From: an uncultured Actinomycetes bacterium
Lineage (GTDB): Bacteria; Actinomycetota; Thermoleophilia; UBA2241
DNA length: 64,000 bases
Direction: 5' to 3'
Assembly (NCBI GenBank): GCA_963767005.1
Contig: CAVYCN010000019.1
Coordinates: forward strand, 1 to 64,000
Shown here in pieces: positions 27,529 through 37,189 of this stretch; position 1 is the first letter of the stretch; every line of letters starts with the position of its first letter. The position numbers and the translations under genes were made by a program. The notes beneath the pieces are model-generated. The model ran no database searches. It saw only the letters and a program-made list of their open reading frames with translations, and was not told the origin of the DNA.

Positions 27529-28605
27529 TCAGCTCTCGAGCGCGACGGCCGCGCGCCGCCGGCCGGCCACCGAGTGCGGGCGCAGCCCGGCCCGCGTGCG
27601 CGCCAGAAGGCCGTCGACGTCGTCGAGCTCTTCCCAGCCGGCGACGCGACTCGCGCGCCGCACGGTGAACACGAGCTCGCCGGCGAGCTCGGCCTGCCGC
27701 TCGGCCACCGCCGCGTCGAACCGGGCGACCATGTCGGACCAGGGCAGCCGCCGGGCGCCGCGACCCAGGACGGCCAGCGCGACGAACTCGTCGCCGCCGA
27801 GCCGCGCGAGAAGGTCGTCGTCGCGGAAGCTCGCGCGCAGGGTCGCGGCCGCCGCCTGGACGAGCGCGTCGCCGGCGGCGTGGCCAAGCCGGTCGTTGGC
27901 GTCGGCCAGGCCGCCGATCTCGACGTGCATGACGAGCACCCGCGCGCCCAGCCGGCGTGCCCGCTTGCGCACCTCGGGCACGGCGGCGAAGAACTCGAGG
28001 CGGCTCGCGAGACCGGTGAGCCCATCGGTGCCGGCCGGCCCGCCCGGCGGCGCCGCGATCTCGAGGGGTGTGGTCAGGTCGCGCGCCACGGCCAGACACA
28101 GCCGCCCCGCGGCCGTGTCGACGCGGCGCAGCGAGACCTCGACCGGCAGGCGGTGCCCGTCGGCCGCCACGTAGGTGCTCTCGAAGGTGAGGCTCTCGGC
28201 CGAGTCGAGCGCCGGCAGGCGCCGCAGCACGGCGCTGCGCACCTCGGGGGCAAACAGCTCGTCGGCGCCCATCTCGAGCAGGGCGGTGCGGGGCTGACCG
28301 AGGGACATGCAGGCGGTCTCGTTGACCCGCTGCAGGCGGCCCGGCCGGCCATCGGCGGTCAGGGGAAAGGCGCACGCCATGCCGCCGCAGGCCTCGAAGA
28401 GGGCCTCGCAGCGGCGCCCGTCGTCGGCCGCCGCCCGCGCGGCGGCCGCGACGCGGGCGCCGTCGGCCCGCCAGGCGACCCAGGCGAAGAGCGCCGCGAG
28501 CGGCGCGACGAGCTCGGCGAGCAGGCCGGCGGACGGCCACACGAGGCGCGCCAGCACGCACGCCGCCGCGCAGCTCACCAGGATCGGCGCCGTCAACCTT
28601 CTCAT
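27529..28605 (-). CDS. Membrane-anchored PAS + GGDEF diguanylate cyclase
   Basis: Two TM segments, PAS (DGHRLPVEVS...AVARD), DGLTGL, GHAAGD, RDDDLLARLGGDEF. Confidence 0.88.
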   Translation of the reverse strand: MRRLTAPILVSCAAACVLARLVWPSAGLLAELVAPLAALFAWVAWRADGARVAAAARAAADDGRRCEALFEACGGMACAFPLTADGRPGRLQRVNETACMSLGQPRTALLEMGADELFAPEVRSAVLRRLPALDSAESLTFESTYVAADGHRLPVEVSLRRVDTAAGRLCLAVARDLTTPLEIAAPPGGPAGTDGLTGLASRLEFFAAVPEVRKRARRLGARVLVMHVEIGGLADANDRLGHAAGDALVQAAAATLRASFRDDDLLARLGGDEFVALAVLGRGARRLPWSDMVARFDAAVAERQAELAGELVFTVRRASRVAGWEELDDVDGLLARTRAGLRPHSVAGRRRAAVALES

Positions 28606-28772
28606 GGATCGTCCCCGCCGTCGTACCGCGCCGGGCGATCGGCCCCGCGCTTCGGTCCTTCTTCAGGAAAGGTCGACCGCGGGGCGCGCAGCCTTGAATT
28701 CCGAGCGGTGTGGCGTGGCGAGCTGGTGCGGGCGATCGGTGAGCGCGGCCGGCGAGGCGCGCCCGACCGCGG

Positions 28773-29924
28773 TCAGCCGGCGTCGACCTCGACGCGGTTC
28801 TTGCCCAGGCGCTTGGCCCGGTACAAGGCGCGGTCGGCTTCGTCGACCAGGCCGTCGGCGGTGACCGCGTGCTCGGGCAGGCTGGCCACGCCGATGCTCA
28901 CGGTGATCACCGGCGGCGCCTGGCCGGTGCCGAAGGTCTCGCCCTCGATGCTCGTGCGGATGCGCTCGCCCACGACGCTCGCCGCGCCGCTGCCGCCGTC
29001 GGCGCGTGCGTCGCCGGGCGCGGCCGCGGCGTCGGGGCCGACGCCGTCGGTCCTGAGCCCGCCGGCGTTGACCGCGTCGAGCAGGCGCTCGCCGGCGCAC
29101 GCGGCGCCGGCCATGCCGGTGCTCGGCAGGATGACGGCGAACTCCTCGCCGCCGTAGCGCGCCACCAGGTCGATCTGCTGGCGCGTCTGGCTCTTGAGGA
29201 CGCGCCCGAGCTCGCGCAGCAGCGCGTCGCCGGCGCGGTGCCCGCAGCGGTCGTTGTAGGACTTGAAGTCGTCGATGTCGATCATGAGCAGCGAGAGCGG
29301 CAGCTCGTAGCGCTGCGCGCGGGCCACGTCCTGGGCGAGGCGGTCGTAGAAGTAGCGGTGGTTGTAGAGGCCGGTGAGGCCGTCGGTTATGGCGAGGTGC
29401 TCGACGTCGCCGTAGAGGCGCGCGTTCTGGATGGCGACCGCCGCCAGGGCGGCCAGCGTGCCGGCCAGGGCGCGCTCCTCGTCGCTGAAATGGCGCACGG
29501 CGCGCTTCTCGACGAGCTCGAGGCAGCCGATCGCCTCGTCTTTGAAGACGAGCGGCACGAGCAGGCAGGTCGTCTCGCCCCAGAACTCCATGCGCTCGCG
29601 CTCGATCGCCGGCAGCTCGGGGTCGTCGATGCGGTTCTCGATCGTGCGATGCTCGCACAGCGCGCGGGCGAAGGTGGGCTGCTCGTCGAGCGTGGCGATC
29701 GAGCCGACCCAGTCGCCGTCGGCCGGGTGCGGCTCGCGGGCCCATAGGGCAATGGCGACCGTGCAGTTCTCGCCGGCCCGGTAGTCGTAGATGTCGCACT
29801 CCCAGAGGTCGAGGATCTCGGCCGTGCGGCGCGCAACGCTGGCGAGCACGTCGTCGAGCACGAGGCTCGCCGTGAGGTCGGAGATGATCTCGGCGGTGAC
29901 GGTGAAGCGTTCGATCGTCGGCAT
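28773..29924 (-). CDS. GAF + GGDEF diguanylate cyclase
   Basis: GAF (LLVPLVFKDEAIG, AVAIQNARLY), DGLTGLYN, DIDDFKSYND, RYGGEEF. Confidence 0.92.
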   Translation of the reverse strand: MPTIERFTVTAEIISDLTASLVLDDVLASVARRTAEILDLWECDIYDYRAGENCTVAIALWAREPHPADGDWVGSIATLDEQPTFARALCEHRTIENRIDDPELPAIERERMEFWGETTCLLVPLVFKDEAIGCLELVEKRAVRHFSDEERALAGTLAALAAVAIQNARLYGDVEHLAITDGLTGLYNHRYFYDRLAQDVARAQRYELPLSLLMIDIDDFKSYNDRCGHRAGDALLRELGRVLKSQTRQQIDLVARYGGEEFAVILPSTGMAGAACAGERLLDAVNAGGLRTDGVGPDAAAAPGDARADGGSGAASVVGERIRTSIEGETFGTGQAPPVITVSIGVASLPEHAVTADGLVDEADRALYRAKRLGKNRVEVDAG

Positions 29925-30137
29925 GTCCCCCCTGCCCTGCCGCTGGCGCGTTGCAACGATTCTATCCGTATTTCCGGAAGAATCCCATGATTCTAGACCA
30001 TGCGACGAGGTGACGTTCCCCCCGGGGTATACCAGGGTGGACATCGCGGCTGGAGGCCGCGGGGACCGCGACTCGGACTGGAGGCCGCAAGGATCGCGGC
30101 CCCGGACGGCAGGCGGCACGGACGTCCGGTGTCCCGG

Positions 30138-30413
30138 ATGGGAGGCGGCACGGACACACACGCAAGACCCACGGTCGTCATCTACTCGCTCACGACGTGC
30201 CAGTGGTGCGCGCGCGCCAAGGCGTTCTTCAGGGCGCGCGGCATCGCGCCGCTCGTCGTCGAGTACGACATGGCCGGCCCGGATCTGCAGGCCAAGGTCG
30301 CGGCCGAGCTGCGCGCCCACGGCGCGACCGGCTTTCCGTTCGTGAAGATCGACGGCCGCGTGGTGCCCGGCTACGACCCCGGCGAGTACGAGCGACTGCT
30401 GAGGGCGGGCTGA
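30138..30413 (+). CDS. Glutaredoxin / NrdH-like protein
   Basis: IYSLTTCQWC, GFPFVKIDG, GYDP. Confidence 0.85.
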   Translation: MGGGTDTHARPTVVIYSLTTCQWCARAKAFFRARGIAPLVVEYDMAGPDLQAKVAAELRAHGATGFPFVKIDGRVVPGYDPGEYERLLRAG

Positions 30414-30436
30414 GACCGGGCGCCGCGGGCGGCGGC

Positions 30437-31225
30437 TCAGAGACCGAGCAGCCCGGGGACGTCGATGATCGAGTCGACCACCCGGTCGGGCGCGCCGGCG
30501 GCCCGCTCGAGGACCTCGGGACGGAACTTGCCGGTGCGCACCAGGATGCCGGTCAGACCGGCGGCCTGCCCCGCCAGCACGTCGCCGTCGATGTCGTCGC
30601 CGACCATGGCGACGCGGTCGGCGGTCAGACCGAGCAGGCGGAGGCCGGCGGCGAAGAAGTCGGGTGAGGGCTTGCCGGTCACCACCGCGGGACGACCGAG
30701 GGCGCGCTCGAGACCGACGACATAGGCGCCGGCGTCGAGGCAGATGCCGTCGCTCGTGAGCCAGGCCATCGTGCGGTGCATGGTCACGAAGGCGGCGCCG
30801 TCGAGCAGCAGCCGGTAGACGCGGTTCATGGTCTCGAAGCGATACGACTCGTCGGCGCCCGACATGAGCACGACGTCGGGGTGGTCGTCGAGGCCGACCA
30901 GGTCGACGCCGGGCAGGTCCTCGACGCTGGCGTCGCCCAGCAGGAACACGCGGGCGCCGGGCCATGCGGTCCGCAGGTAGGCGCCGGCCGCCACGGCGGC
31001 GCTCAGCACCTCGTCGTCGGCGATCTCGAGACCGGACCGGCGCAGGCCACCGGCGATGGCGGCGCGGCTGCGCCCGGTCGTGTTGGTGAGGATGCGCAGC
31101 GGCAGGCCGGCGGCGCGCAACCGCGCGAAGGCATCGACGGCGCCGGGCAACGGCTCCCACGAGACGGTGAGCACGCCGTCCATGTCGAGGAGGAGCCCGT
31201 CGATCGCGGGCAGCATCGAGGTCAT
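30437..31225 (-). CDS. HAD-IIA family hydrolase
   Basis: LLDMDGVL, LTNTT, GKPSPDFF, MVGDDIDGD, VRTGKF. Confidence 0.92.
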   Translation of the reverse strand: MTSMLPAIDGLLLDMDGVLTVSWEPLPGAVDAFARLRAAGLPLRILTNTTGRSRAAIAGGLRRSGLEIADDEVLSAAVAAGAYLRTAWPGARVFLLGDASVEDLPGVDLVGLDDHPDVVLMSGADESYRFETMNRVYRLLLDGAAFVTMHRTMAWLTSDGICLDAGAYVVGLERALGRPAVVTGKPSPDFFAAGLRLLGLTADRVAMVGDDIDGDVLAGQAAGLTGILVRTGKFRPEVLERAAGAPDRVVDSIIDVPGLLGL

Positions 31226-31309
31226 CTCGCGGGCCAGCCTTTCTCGCGCGTGTGCCGCGGTCGCCGCCCGGTCGCGAACGGGCGGCGGCCCCGGTCGGGC
31301 GCGTTCATC

Positions 31310-32173
31310 CTAGCGGGTCCCGCGCTCCTCGTCGTCCCGCACGGCCTCGAGGGGGCAGGCCACCGGGTCGCGCTCGTCGCCCAGCTCATGCGCGGAAGAG
31401 GCGACCTCGACGATGTGGCCCGCGGGAACGCCCTCGTGGGGCGCGTCCTGGGCAGGAGGGGCGACCTCGACGACGCGGCCTGCGGAGACGCCCTCGTCGC
31501 GTATCTCGCGGGCGGCAAGCGCGGTCGCCCTGCGCCGCGCCTCGCGTCGGCGGTGCCGCCACACCAGCCCCGCGGCGGCGGCCACGACGGCCGCGGCGGC
31601 GATCGCGCCGAACAGGTCGAGGTCGTCCTCCACCTGGTCGAGGTGACGCACGAGCAGCGTCGCGAGCAGCGTCACCGCGGTCGCCCACAGGGTGCAGGCC
31701 GCGGCGTTGGCCAGGAAGAAGCGGCGCCAGCGCACGCGGGTGCCGCCGGCCGACAGCGCGGCGAGGCCGCGTAGCGGCGAGACCTGGCGCGCGATCATCA
31801 CCGTGAGCGCCGCGTGCCCGAGGTAGTAGGCGTCGATGCGATCCAGGTACGAGCGCGGCAGGTGGAAGACCCGCAGCAGACGCTCGATCAGCGGCCGGCC
31901 CGCGCCGCGACCGACGACATACGCGAGGTTGTCGCCGGCGATCGCCGCGGCGACCCCGACGAGCAGCACCGACGACAGCGCGATATGCCCGCGCTGGGCC
32001 TCGTAGGCGCCGACGAGCAGGGAGACCTCGCCGGGCAGCGGCGAACCGAAGCTCTCGGCCGCGATCAGCGCGAAGAGGATGACGAGACCGTGCCGGCCGA
32101 CCTGGTCGGCCACCTCGCGCAGCACGCCGTGCAGCGCGGCCGCGACGAAGGCGTGGGCCAGGAGCGCCGTCAT
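31310..32173 (-). CDS. DedA family membrane protein
   Basis: ESFGSPLPGE, GDNLAYVVGR, FFLANAAACTLW. Confidence 0.88.
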   Translation of the reverse strand: MTALLAHAFVAAALHGVLREVADQVGRHGLVILFALIAAESFGSPLPGEVSLLVGAYEAQRGHIALSSVLLVGVAAAIAGDNLAYVVGRGAGRPLIERLLRVFHLPRSYLDRIDAYYLGHAALTVMIARQVSPLRGLAALSAGGTRVRWRRFFLANAAACTLWATAVTLLATLLVRHLDQVEDDLDLFGAIAAAAVVAAAAGLVWRHRRREARRRATALAAREIRDEGVSAGRVVEVAPPAQDAPHEGVPAGHIVEVASSAHELGDERDPVACPLEAVRDDEERGTR

Positions 32174-32251
32174 GCGGCGCCCCGGCGGGCGGACGGGCAG
32201 ACCACTGAGCTGCTCATGGTCCCATTCTGCCCGTTCCCGAACGGGCGCGCT

Positions 32252-32299
32252 GGGGGCGCGGGCGGGCGGGGCTGTGCAGCCCCGCCCGCCCGCGCCCCC
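32252..32299 (-). terminator. GC hairpin downstream of the 32312 gene
   Basis: GGGGGCGCGGGCGGGCGGGGCTG-TG-CAGCCCCGCCCGCCCGCGCCCCC. Confidence 0.6.
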
Positions 32300-32311
32300 G
32301 CGGCCCGTCGC

Positions 32312-35086
32312 CTACCGCAGCTGGCGCAGCAGCAGCGCGCGACCGAGCGGTCCGAGCAGCGGGCCGACCCGACCTGCCGCCAGGCGGGTGAACGGACCGT
32401 CGTGGCGCGGCGCGAAGTTGCCGGGCAACCCCGCCGGCCACCACGGATACGTCACCGCCGGCGCCCCGCCGCGCACCACGTGCAGCACGCCGCGCGCCAC
32501 CTTCTGCTGCGGGTTGCCGGCCAGGTCGGTGGCGCGTACCACCACGTGATAGCTCCCCGGCTTCAGCGTGCAGCGGAACTTGAGCCAGAAGTACGACGGC
32601 GTCGAACCCGTCGACCAGTCGCCGGGCCGCTCGACGAAGCGCTTCGCGACCCGTCCGCGGGAGTTCACGATCGTGATCACGGCCTTCGCCACGCCGCTCG
32701 TATGGTCGGTCGCCTTGAAGCGCAGGATCCCCCAGCCGCCGCTGTCGACCGGCTTGTCGGCCGGCGCGCCGCAGACCGGCCCGAGCGTGTCGATCCCCAC
32801 GTTCACGCTCTCGGTCTGCTCGACGTTGCCCGCCAGATCCGAGGAGCGGTAGAGCACCGTGTGCAGGCCGTCGTCGGCGTGACTGGCCGGCGCCTGCAGC
32901 TCGACGCTGTCTCCGGGCGTCCAGGTGCCGCCGTCGACGCTGGACTGGGTGAGGTCCAGGCCGGATCCCCCCGTGTCGCTCGCGGTGAAGGGAATCGTCA
33001 CCGCGCCGCGATGCCAGCGCGGCAGCGCCGCCGGCCCCTGGATCAGGGTGACCGGGGCGGCCGTGTCGGCGTCCGGCGCGTCGACGGACGAGACCAGCGA
33101 GTCGTAGCCGAACGCCCAGACGTGCTGCGCGTCGGCGGCGACGATCGCATTGACGTCGCCGGCGCCGGCCACCTGCTGCCAGTCGGCGCCGCCGTCGGTC
33201 GTCCCGTACACACCCTCGGCGGCCCCGACCCAGCCGTGCTGGGAGTCGCTGAAGCACACGCTCTGGGCGTAGACGTCGGAGAGCCCGGGCACCGTCGCCC
33301 AGGTGGCGCCGCCGTCGGTCGTGCTCACGACGGTGTCGGTCTCCTCGTACTCGTATGCCGAGATGCGCGTGTAGGCGGCCGTGACCGCCCAGCCATCGTC
33401 GGGGTCGGCGAACGAGAGGCTCCTCATCGTCCCCTGTTCGCCACTGCTCAGGGGTATGGTCGCCCTGATCCAGCTCTGACCGCCGTCTGTCGTACGGAAG
33501 ACCGCCGGGACCTCTGAGCCGTTGCCGTTGGGCACGTAGCCGCCGGCGACGCAGCCGACATCGTCGCTCGAGAAGTCGAGGCTCGTGAGAAGGACCATGT
33601 TGGCGACGTACTGGGGCACCCAGGTCGCTCCCGCGTTCGTCGTGCGCTCGATCGCGTCGTTCGAACCCGACCCCATGCCCGGCTCGGCACTCACCGCCCA
33701 GCCGTGCGTCGCGTCGACGAACTGCACGGCCTGGAGCGGGCCGCTGAGCTGTGAGGCCTGCGGCGACCACGTCGTGCCGCCGTCGCTCGTGTGAAGGATG
33801 ATGCCGTCCATGCTGGAGTCTTCTCCGACGACCCAGCCGTCGCTCGCGTCGGAGAAGCTCACGCCGGACAGGGCGTTCAACCAGCGCCGCACCGGGCTGG
33901 CCGGGTCGGACGGTTCGGACCAGCGCGCCCCGTCGGTCGAGTGCAGCAGGGCGCCGGCACCGTCGACCGCCCAGACGTCGGTCGCCGACACCGCGTCGGC
34001 GCCCACGAACTGATAGTCCTGGCCCGACGAGGCCGCGCGCCACGTTGCGCCCCCGTCGGCCGACGTCAGGATGCCGTCGCCGACGCAGCAGACCGCGTCA
34101 CCGCGCACGGCCACCGCCCAGAGTCCGAGGGGCGCGGCGACCTGCGACTCCTGCCAGCGCGTGCCGGTGTCGCTCGTGCGCAGGAACAGCGTCGTCTGGT
34201 TTTCTGCCTCGTACACCGGGTCCTCGTCGGCTCCGAGGGGTTCGCTCGCGTCGTAGCTGAGCAGCATGGCGCTCGCCCGGCCCCCGACGGCCACGTCGCT
34301 CGCCTGAGAGCTCGCCTGCGGAACGGCGCGCCAGCGCAGGCCGCCGTCGCTCGTGACCCGCAGGGCGGTCGAGTCCCAGTCGTCGACCTCGGCAAAGGCC
34401 CAGCCATGGAGCCGGTCGACGAAGACGAGCTTCTCGACCTGCGCGCCACTCGCGAAGCCGGTGGTCTCGGCTGTCCAGCTCGTCCCGCCGTTCGTCGTAC
34501 GCCAGACGCGGCCTTTCGTGCCGCCGACCCAGCCGTGGGTGGCGTCGAGGAGGTCGACAGCCGTGTCACCCTTGTACGTGCCGATCTTGACGGTCTTCCA
34601 GGTGAGGCCGCCGTCGGTGGTCGACAGGACCGCGCCGCTGCCGGTGCCGACCCAGCCGTCCGTGTCCGTCGCGAAGCTGACGTTCATGAGCGTGGCGGCC
34701 GACCCCGCCGGCGTGCGGTCGACCCACGTGCCGCCGTCGGTCGTCGCCACGATCGCGCCCGAACCGTCGGCCGAGCCGCCACAGGCCCAGCCGTGCTCGG
34801 CGTCGGTGAAACACACCGACCACAGGTCGGCGTCGGTGCCGCTCGACGTGCCGGCCCACGACGTGCCGGCGTCGGTGCTGTGGAGGATGGCACCGCCACT
34901 CCCCACAGCCCAGACGTCGGTCGCCGTGGCGAAGGTGACCGCGCTCAGGTCGCCCGCCGGCTGCGGCATCTGCCAGACCCAGCCGTGCTGGCCGTCGGGC
35001 ACGAGTGCCGCGGCCGGCGTCGCGAGCGCGAGCGCGCCGCCGATCGTCGCGATCACGCAGAAGGCAAATGCGCGCCAGCGTGCCAT
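32312..35086 (-). CDS. Secreted YCF48/BNR-repeat beta-propeller protein with C-terminal Ig-like domains (paralog A)
   Basis: Signal peptide; many T[TS]DGGxxW Asp-box repeats with F.D..HGW; C-terminal YRSSDLAGN / ATDLAGN. Confidence 0.88.
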   Translation of the reverse strand: MARWRAFAFCVIATIGGALALATPAAALVPDGQHGWVWQMPQPAGDLSAVTFATATDVWAVGSGGAILHSTDAGTSWAGTSSGTDADLWSVCFTDAEHGWACGGSADGSGAIVATTDGGTWVDRTPAGSAATLMNVSFATDTDGWVGTGSGAVLSTTDGGLTWKTVKIGTYKGDTAVDLLDATHGWVGGTKGRVWRTTNGGTSWTAETTGFASGAQVEKLVFVDRLHGWAFAEVDDWDSTALRVTSDGGLRWRAVPQASSQASDVAVGGRASAMLLSYDASEPLGADEDPVYEAENQTTLFLRTSDTGTRWQESQVAAPLGLWAVAVRGDAVCCVGDGILTSADGGATWRAASSGQDYQFVGADAVSATDVWAVDGAGALLHSTDGARWSEPSDPASPVRRWLNALSGVSFSDASDGWVVGEDSSMDGIILHTSDGGTTWSPQASQLSGPLQAVQFVDATHGWAVSAEPGMGSGSNDAIERTTNAGATWVPQYVANMVLLTSLDFSSDDVGCVAGGYVPNGNGSEVPAVFRTTDGGQSWIRATIPLSSGEQGTMRSLSFADPDDGWAVTAAYTRISAYEYEETDTVVSTTDGGATWATVPGLSDVYAQSVCFSDSQHGWVGAAEGVYGTTDGGADWQQVAGAGDVNAIVAADAQHVWAFGYDSLVSSVDAPDADTAAPVTLIQGPAALPRWHRGAVTIPFTASDTGGSGLDLTQSSVDGGTWTPGDSVELQAPASHADDGLHTVLYRSSDLAGNVEQTESVNVGIDTLGPVCGAPADKPVDSGGWGILRFKATDHTSGVAKAVITIVNSRGRVAKRFVERPGDWSTGSTPSYFWLKFRCTLKPGSYHVVVRATDLAGNPQQKVARGVLHVVRGGAPAVTYPWWPAGLPGNFAPRHDGPFTRLAAGRVGPLLGPLGRALLLRQLR

Positions 35087-35227
35087 GAGCTCCCCCCAGA
35101 CGTCGCCTGTTTCCTAGGGGAAGCATACGACTCCTGTAAAGAGGTCGACAGCGGGACCGGACGGAACGACCGTCGCCGCAAGTGGACGATCACGCGGCGG
35201 GCGTGCGATGCGCGCCGCGAGCGCCGG

Positions 35228-35893
35228 TCAGCGCGCGATGCGCGAGCGCCCGTGCAGGTCGCGCCAGCGGCGTCCGGCGGAGCGCAGGCGGAAGGCGCCG
35301 CCGATCATGACCGCCCCCCAGACGACGCCGCAGAGCCCCACGACGACGCCGATCAGCGTGATGGTGGCCCCCGGCCAAGCGATCATGACGGCGCCGGCGA
35401 CGATCAGCGCGATACCCATGACGACGTCGTGCGTGCGCGTCTCGTAGGGCCGGCCGAACGCCGCCGCCGCGCGCACGATGCCCCAGACGAGCACCGTCAC
35501 ACCCGCGATGACGGCCAGCACGGTGAGGGTCTCGCCGGGCCAGGCGAGCAGCACGATCCCGCCGATGAGCGCGACCGCGGCGCCCAGCAGGTGCGAGCGC
35601 GGCGCGCCGCCGCGCCGCATGGTAAGGAGCTGGGCGACGCCGATGAAGAGCAGGAAGAGGCCCGTGAGCCAGACCAGCGCGCCGAGGCTGCCGAAGGCGT
35701 GGCTGAGCACGACGATGCCGAAGACGACGGCGATCACCCCGAGGGCGAGCAGCCAGGTCCAGTTGTGCGCCGCCCAGCCGCCCTGGCGGTCGAACAGACG
35801 CTCGCTGCGATCCCCGACGACGTCGCCGCGGTACACGAAGGTGTGCTCGTCGTCGCGCGGCGGTGAGCCCGTCTCGCCTCGCCTGTCGTCCAT
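35228..35893 (-). CDS. HdeD/DUF308 family membrane protein
   Basis: WLLALGVIAVVFGIVVL; about six TM segments with repeated AWPG. Confidence 0.8.
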   Translation of the reverse strand: MDDRRGETGSPPRDDEHTFVYRGDVVGDRSERLFDRQGGWAAHNWTWLLALGVIAVVFGIVVLSHAFGSLGALVWLTGLFLLFIGVAQLLTMRRGGAPRSHLLGAAVALIGGIVLLAWPGETLTVLAVIAGVTVLVWGIVRAAAAFGRPYETRTHDVVMGIALIVAGAVMIAWPGATITLIGVVVGLCGVVWGAVMIGGAFRLRSAGRRWRDLHGRSRIAR

Positions 35894-36039
35894 GTCTTGC
35901 TACCTCCCGTTCGCTCGCCCCTGCGCGACCCGCGTCGTGCGGCGGGACGGCCCCCGTCGGGGTGATACCCGCCGCGCCGCCCGCGCCCACCGGCTCCGTG
36001 TCGACCACCGGACAACGGCGGCTCGCGGAGCGCCGGGTC

Positions 36040-36477
36040 TCAGGACGAAGCCCTGTCGCTCGTCAGCGTCTGGAGCTCGTTCGTCATCTTGTGGATGGCG
36101 GTCGTGAGCTCGAGGATCTGGTTGGAGAGCCCGATGATCTTCTCGTTCTGCTGCTCTTCGGTCTGGACCGTCTGCCACTGCGCGTCGGCCAGCACCTGAC
36201 GTCGCGCGTCGGCCCGGTTCTGGCTGATCATGACGAAGGTCGACAGGAAGATGGCTTCGAGCGAGACGATCATCGTCAAGAGACCAAAGGGGTACTTCTC
36301 GACCCTGAAGACGATCCAGATGAAGAACCACACCATGTGGACGTAGACGAAGGTCATCGACCCGGCGAAGGTCGTGATCGCGTCGGCGACCCTCGACTGC
36401 ACATGCTGGAGGCGCTCCTCCTCGTGCTTCAGGAGCGCGGGGTGGACGCCCAGGGCCGTCTTCCCGTCGGTTGCCAT
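36040..36477 (-). CDS. DUF1003 domain protein
   Basis: ADAITTFAGS, YPFGLLTMIVSLEAIFLSTFVMISQNR. Confidence 0.92.
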   Translation of the reverse strand: MATDGKTALGVHPALLKHEEERLQHVQSRVADAITTFAGSMTFVYVHMVWFFIWIVFRVEKYPFGLLTMIVSLEAIFLSTFVMISQNRADARRQVLADAQWQTVQTEEQQNEKIIGLSNQILELTTAIHKMTNELQTLTSDRASS

Positions 36478-36505
36478 CGGTCTCCTTTCGGTGCCGTTCA
36501 GTTCG

Positions 36506-36619
36506 GCCGAGCGACTGCATCGTCGGCGCTCAGGCGGGCGTGGCTTCGTGGTGCGCCTGGTGCCGCCGAGCGACTTCGTCGTCGGCGCTCAGGCGGGCGT
36601 GGCTTCGTGGTGCGCCTAG
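36506..36619. repeat. Tandem pair (59-bp period) of a dispersed double-hairpin REP-like element
   Basis: Near-identical units at 36506-36560 and 36565-36619. Confidence 0.85.
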
Positions 36620-37056
36620 TCCGTGAGGCCGGCGACCCTGGTACGGCGCCGCGAGAAGCCCTTCACCATGCGCACGAGCGTGCCGCTGCCCTGTTTGCGC
36701 GAGCGCACCTCGACATCATCCATGAGGTGGTGGATGAGGAACAAGCCGCGACCGTGCGTCGCCAGGGGGTCGGGGACGGCCTTGACGTCGATCGAGCGCG
36801 GGTCGAAGCCGCAGCCGCGGTCACGGATCTCGACGACCACGCGGCCGGCACCGACCTCGGCGCGCACGTCGACGAGGCCGGCGACGTCGCCGCTGTGCAT
36901 GAATGCGTTGATGAACGCTTCGTCGGCGGCGAGAAGGACCTCGCGGGCGGCCCTGGCGGGCACGCCGTTCTCGGACAGCAGGCCGGCGATCGAGCTTCGC
37001 ATGCGCTTGGCCGCGACGCGCGTGAGCGGCAGGCGCAGGCGCAGGGCGTCACTCAC
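36616..37056 (-). CDS. RsbW-like anti-sigma / Ser-Thr kinase (HATPase_c_2)
   Basis: ADEAFINAFMH, IRDRGCGFD, HGRGLFLIHHLMD, GTLVRM. Confidence 0.88.
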   Translation of the reverse strand: MSDALRLRLPLTRVAAKRMRSSIAGLLSENGVPARAAREVLLAADEAFINAFMHSGDVAGLVDVRAEVGAGRVVVEIRDRGCGFDPRSIDVKAVPDPLATHGRGLFLIHHLMDDVEVRSRKQGSGTLVRMVKGFSRRRTRVAGLTD

Positions 37057-37189
37057 GTCTGTTCGTCTCCGTTCATGGCTGTGCCGGGCCCTCGCGCCCT
37101 CGATCCCCATGCCTTGTCCTCGTCTCTGGCGTGCTGTTCGACCGACCGCCGCGTTCTCCTGCCGGGGCCGCCGTGGCGGCCGGCGGCAC

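Noticed and set aside
36506-36619. Tandem repeats as a possible CRISPR array
   Set aside because: Only two adjacent units, no unique spacers, and no cas genes in the window.
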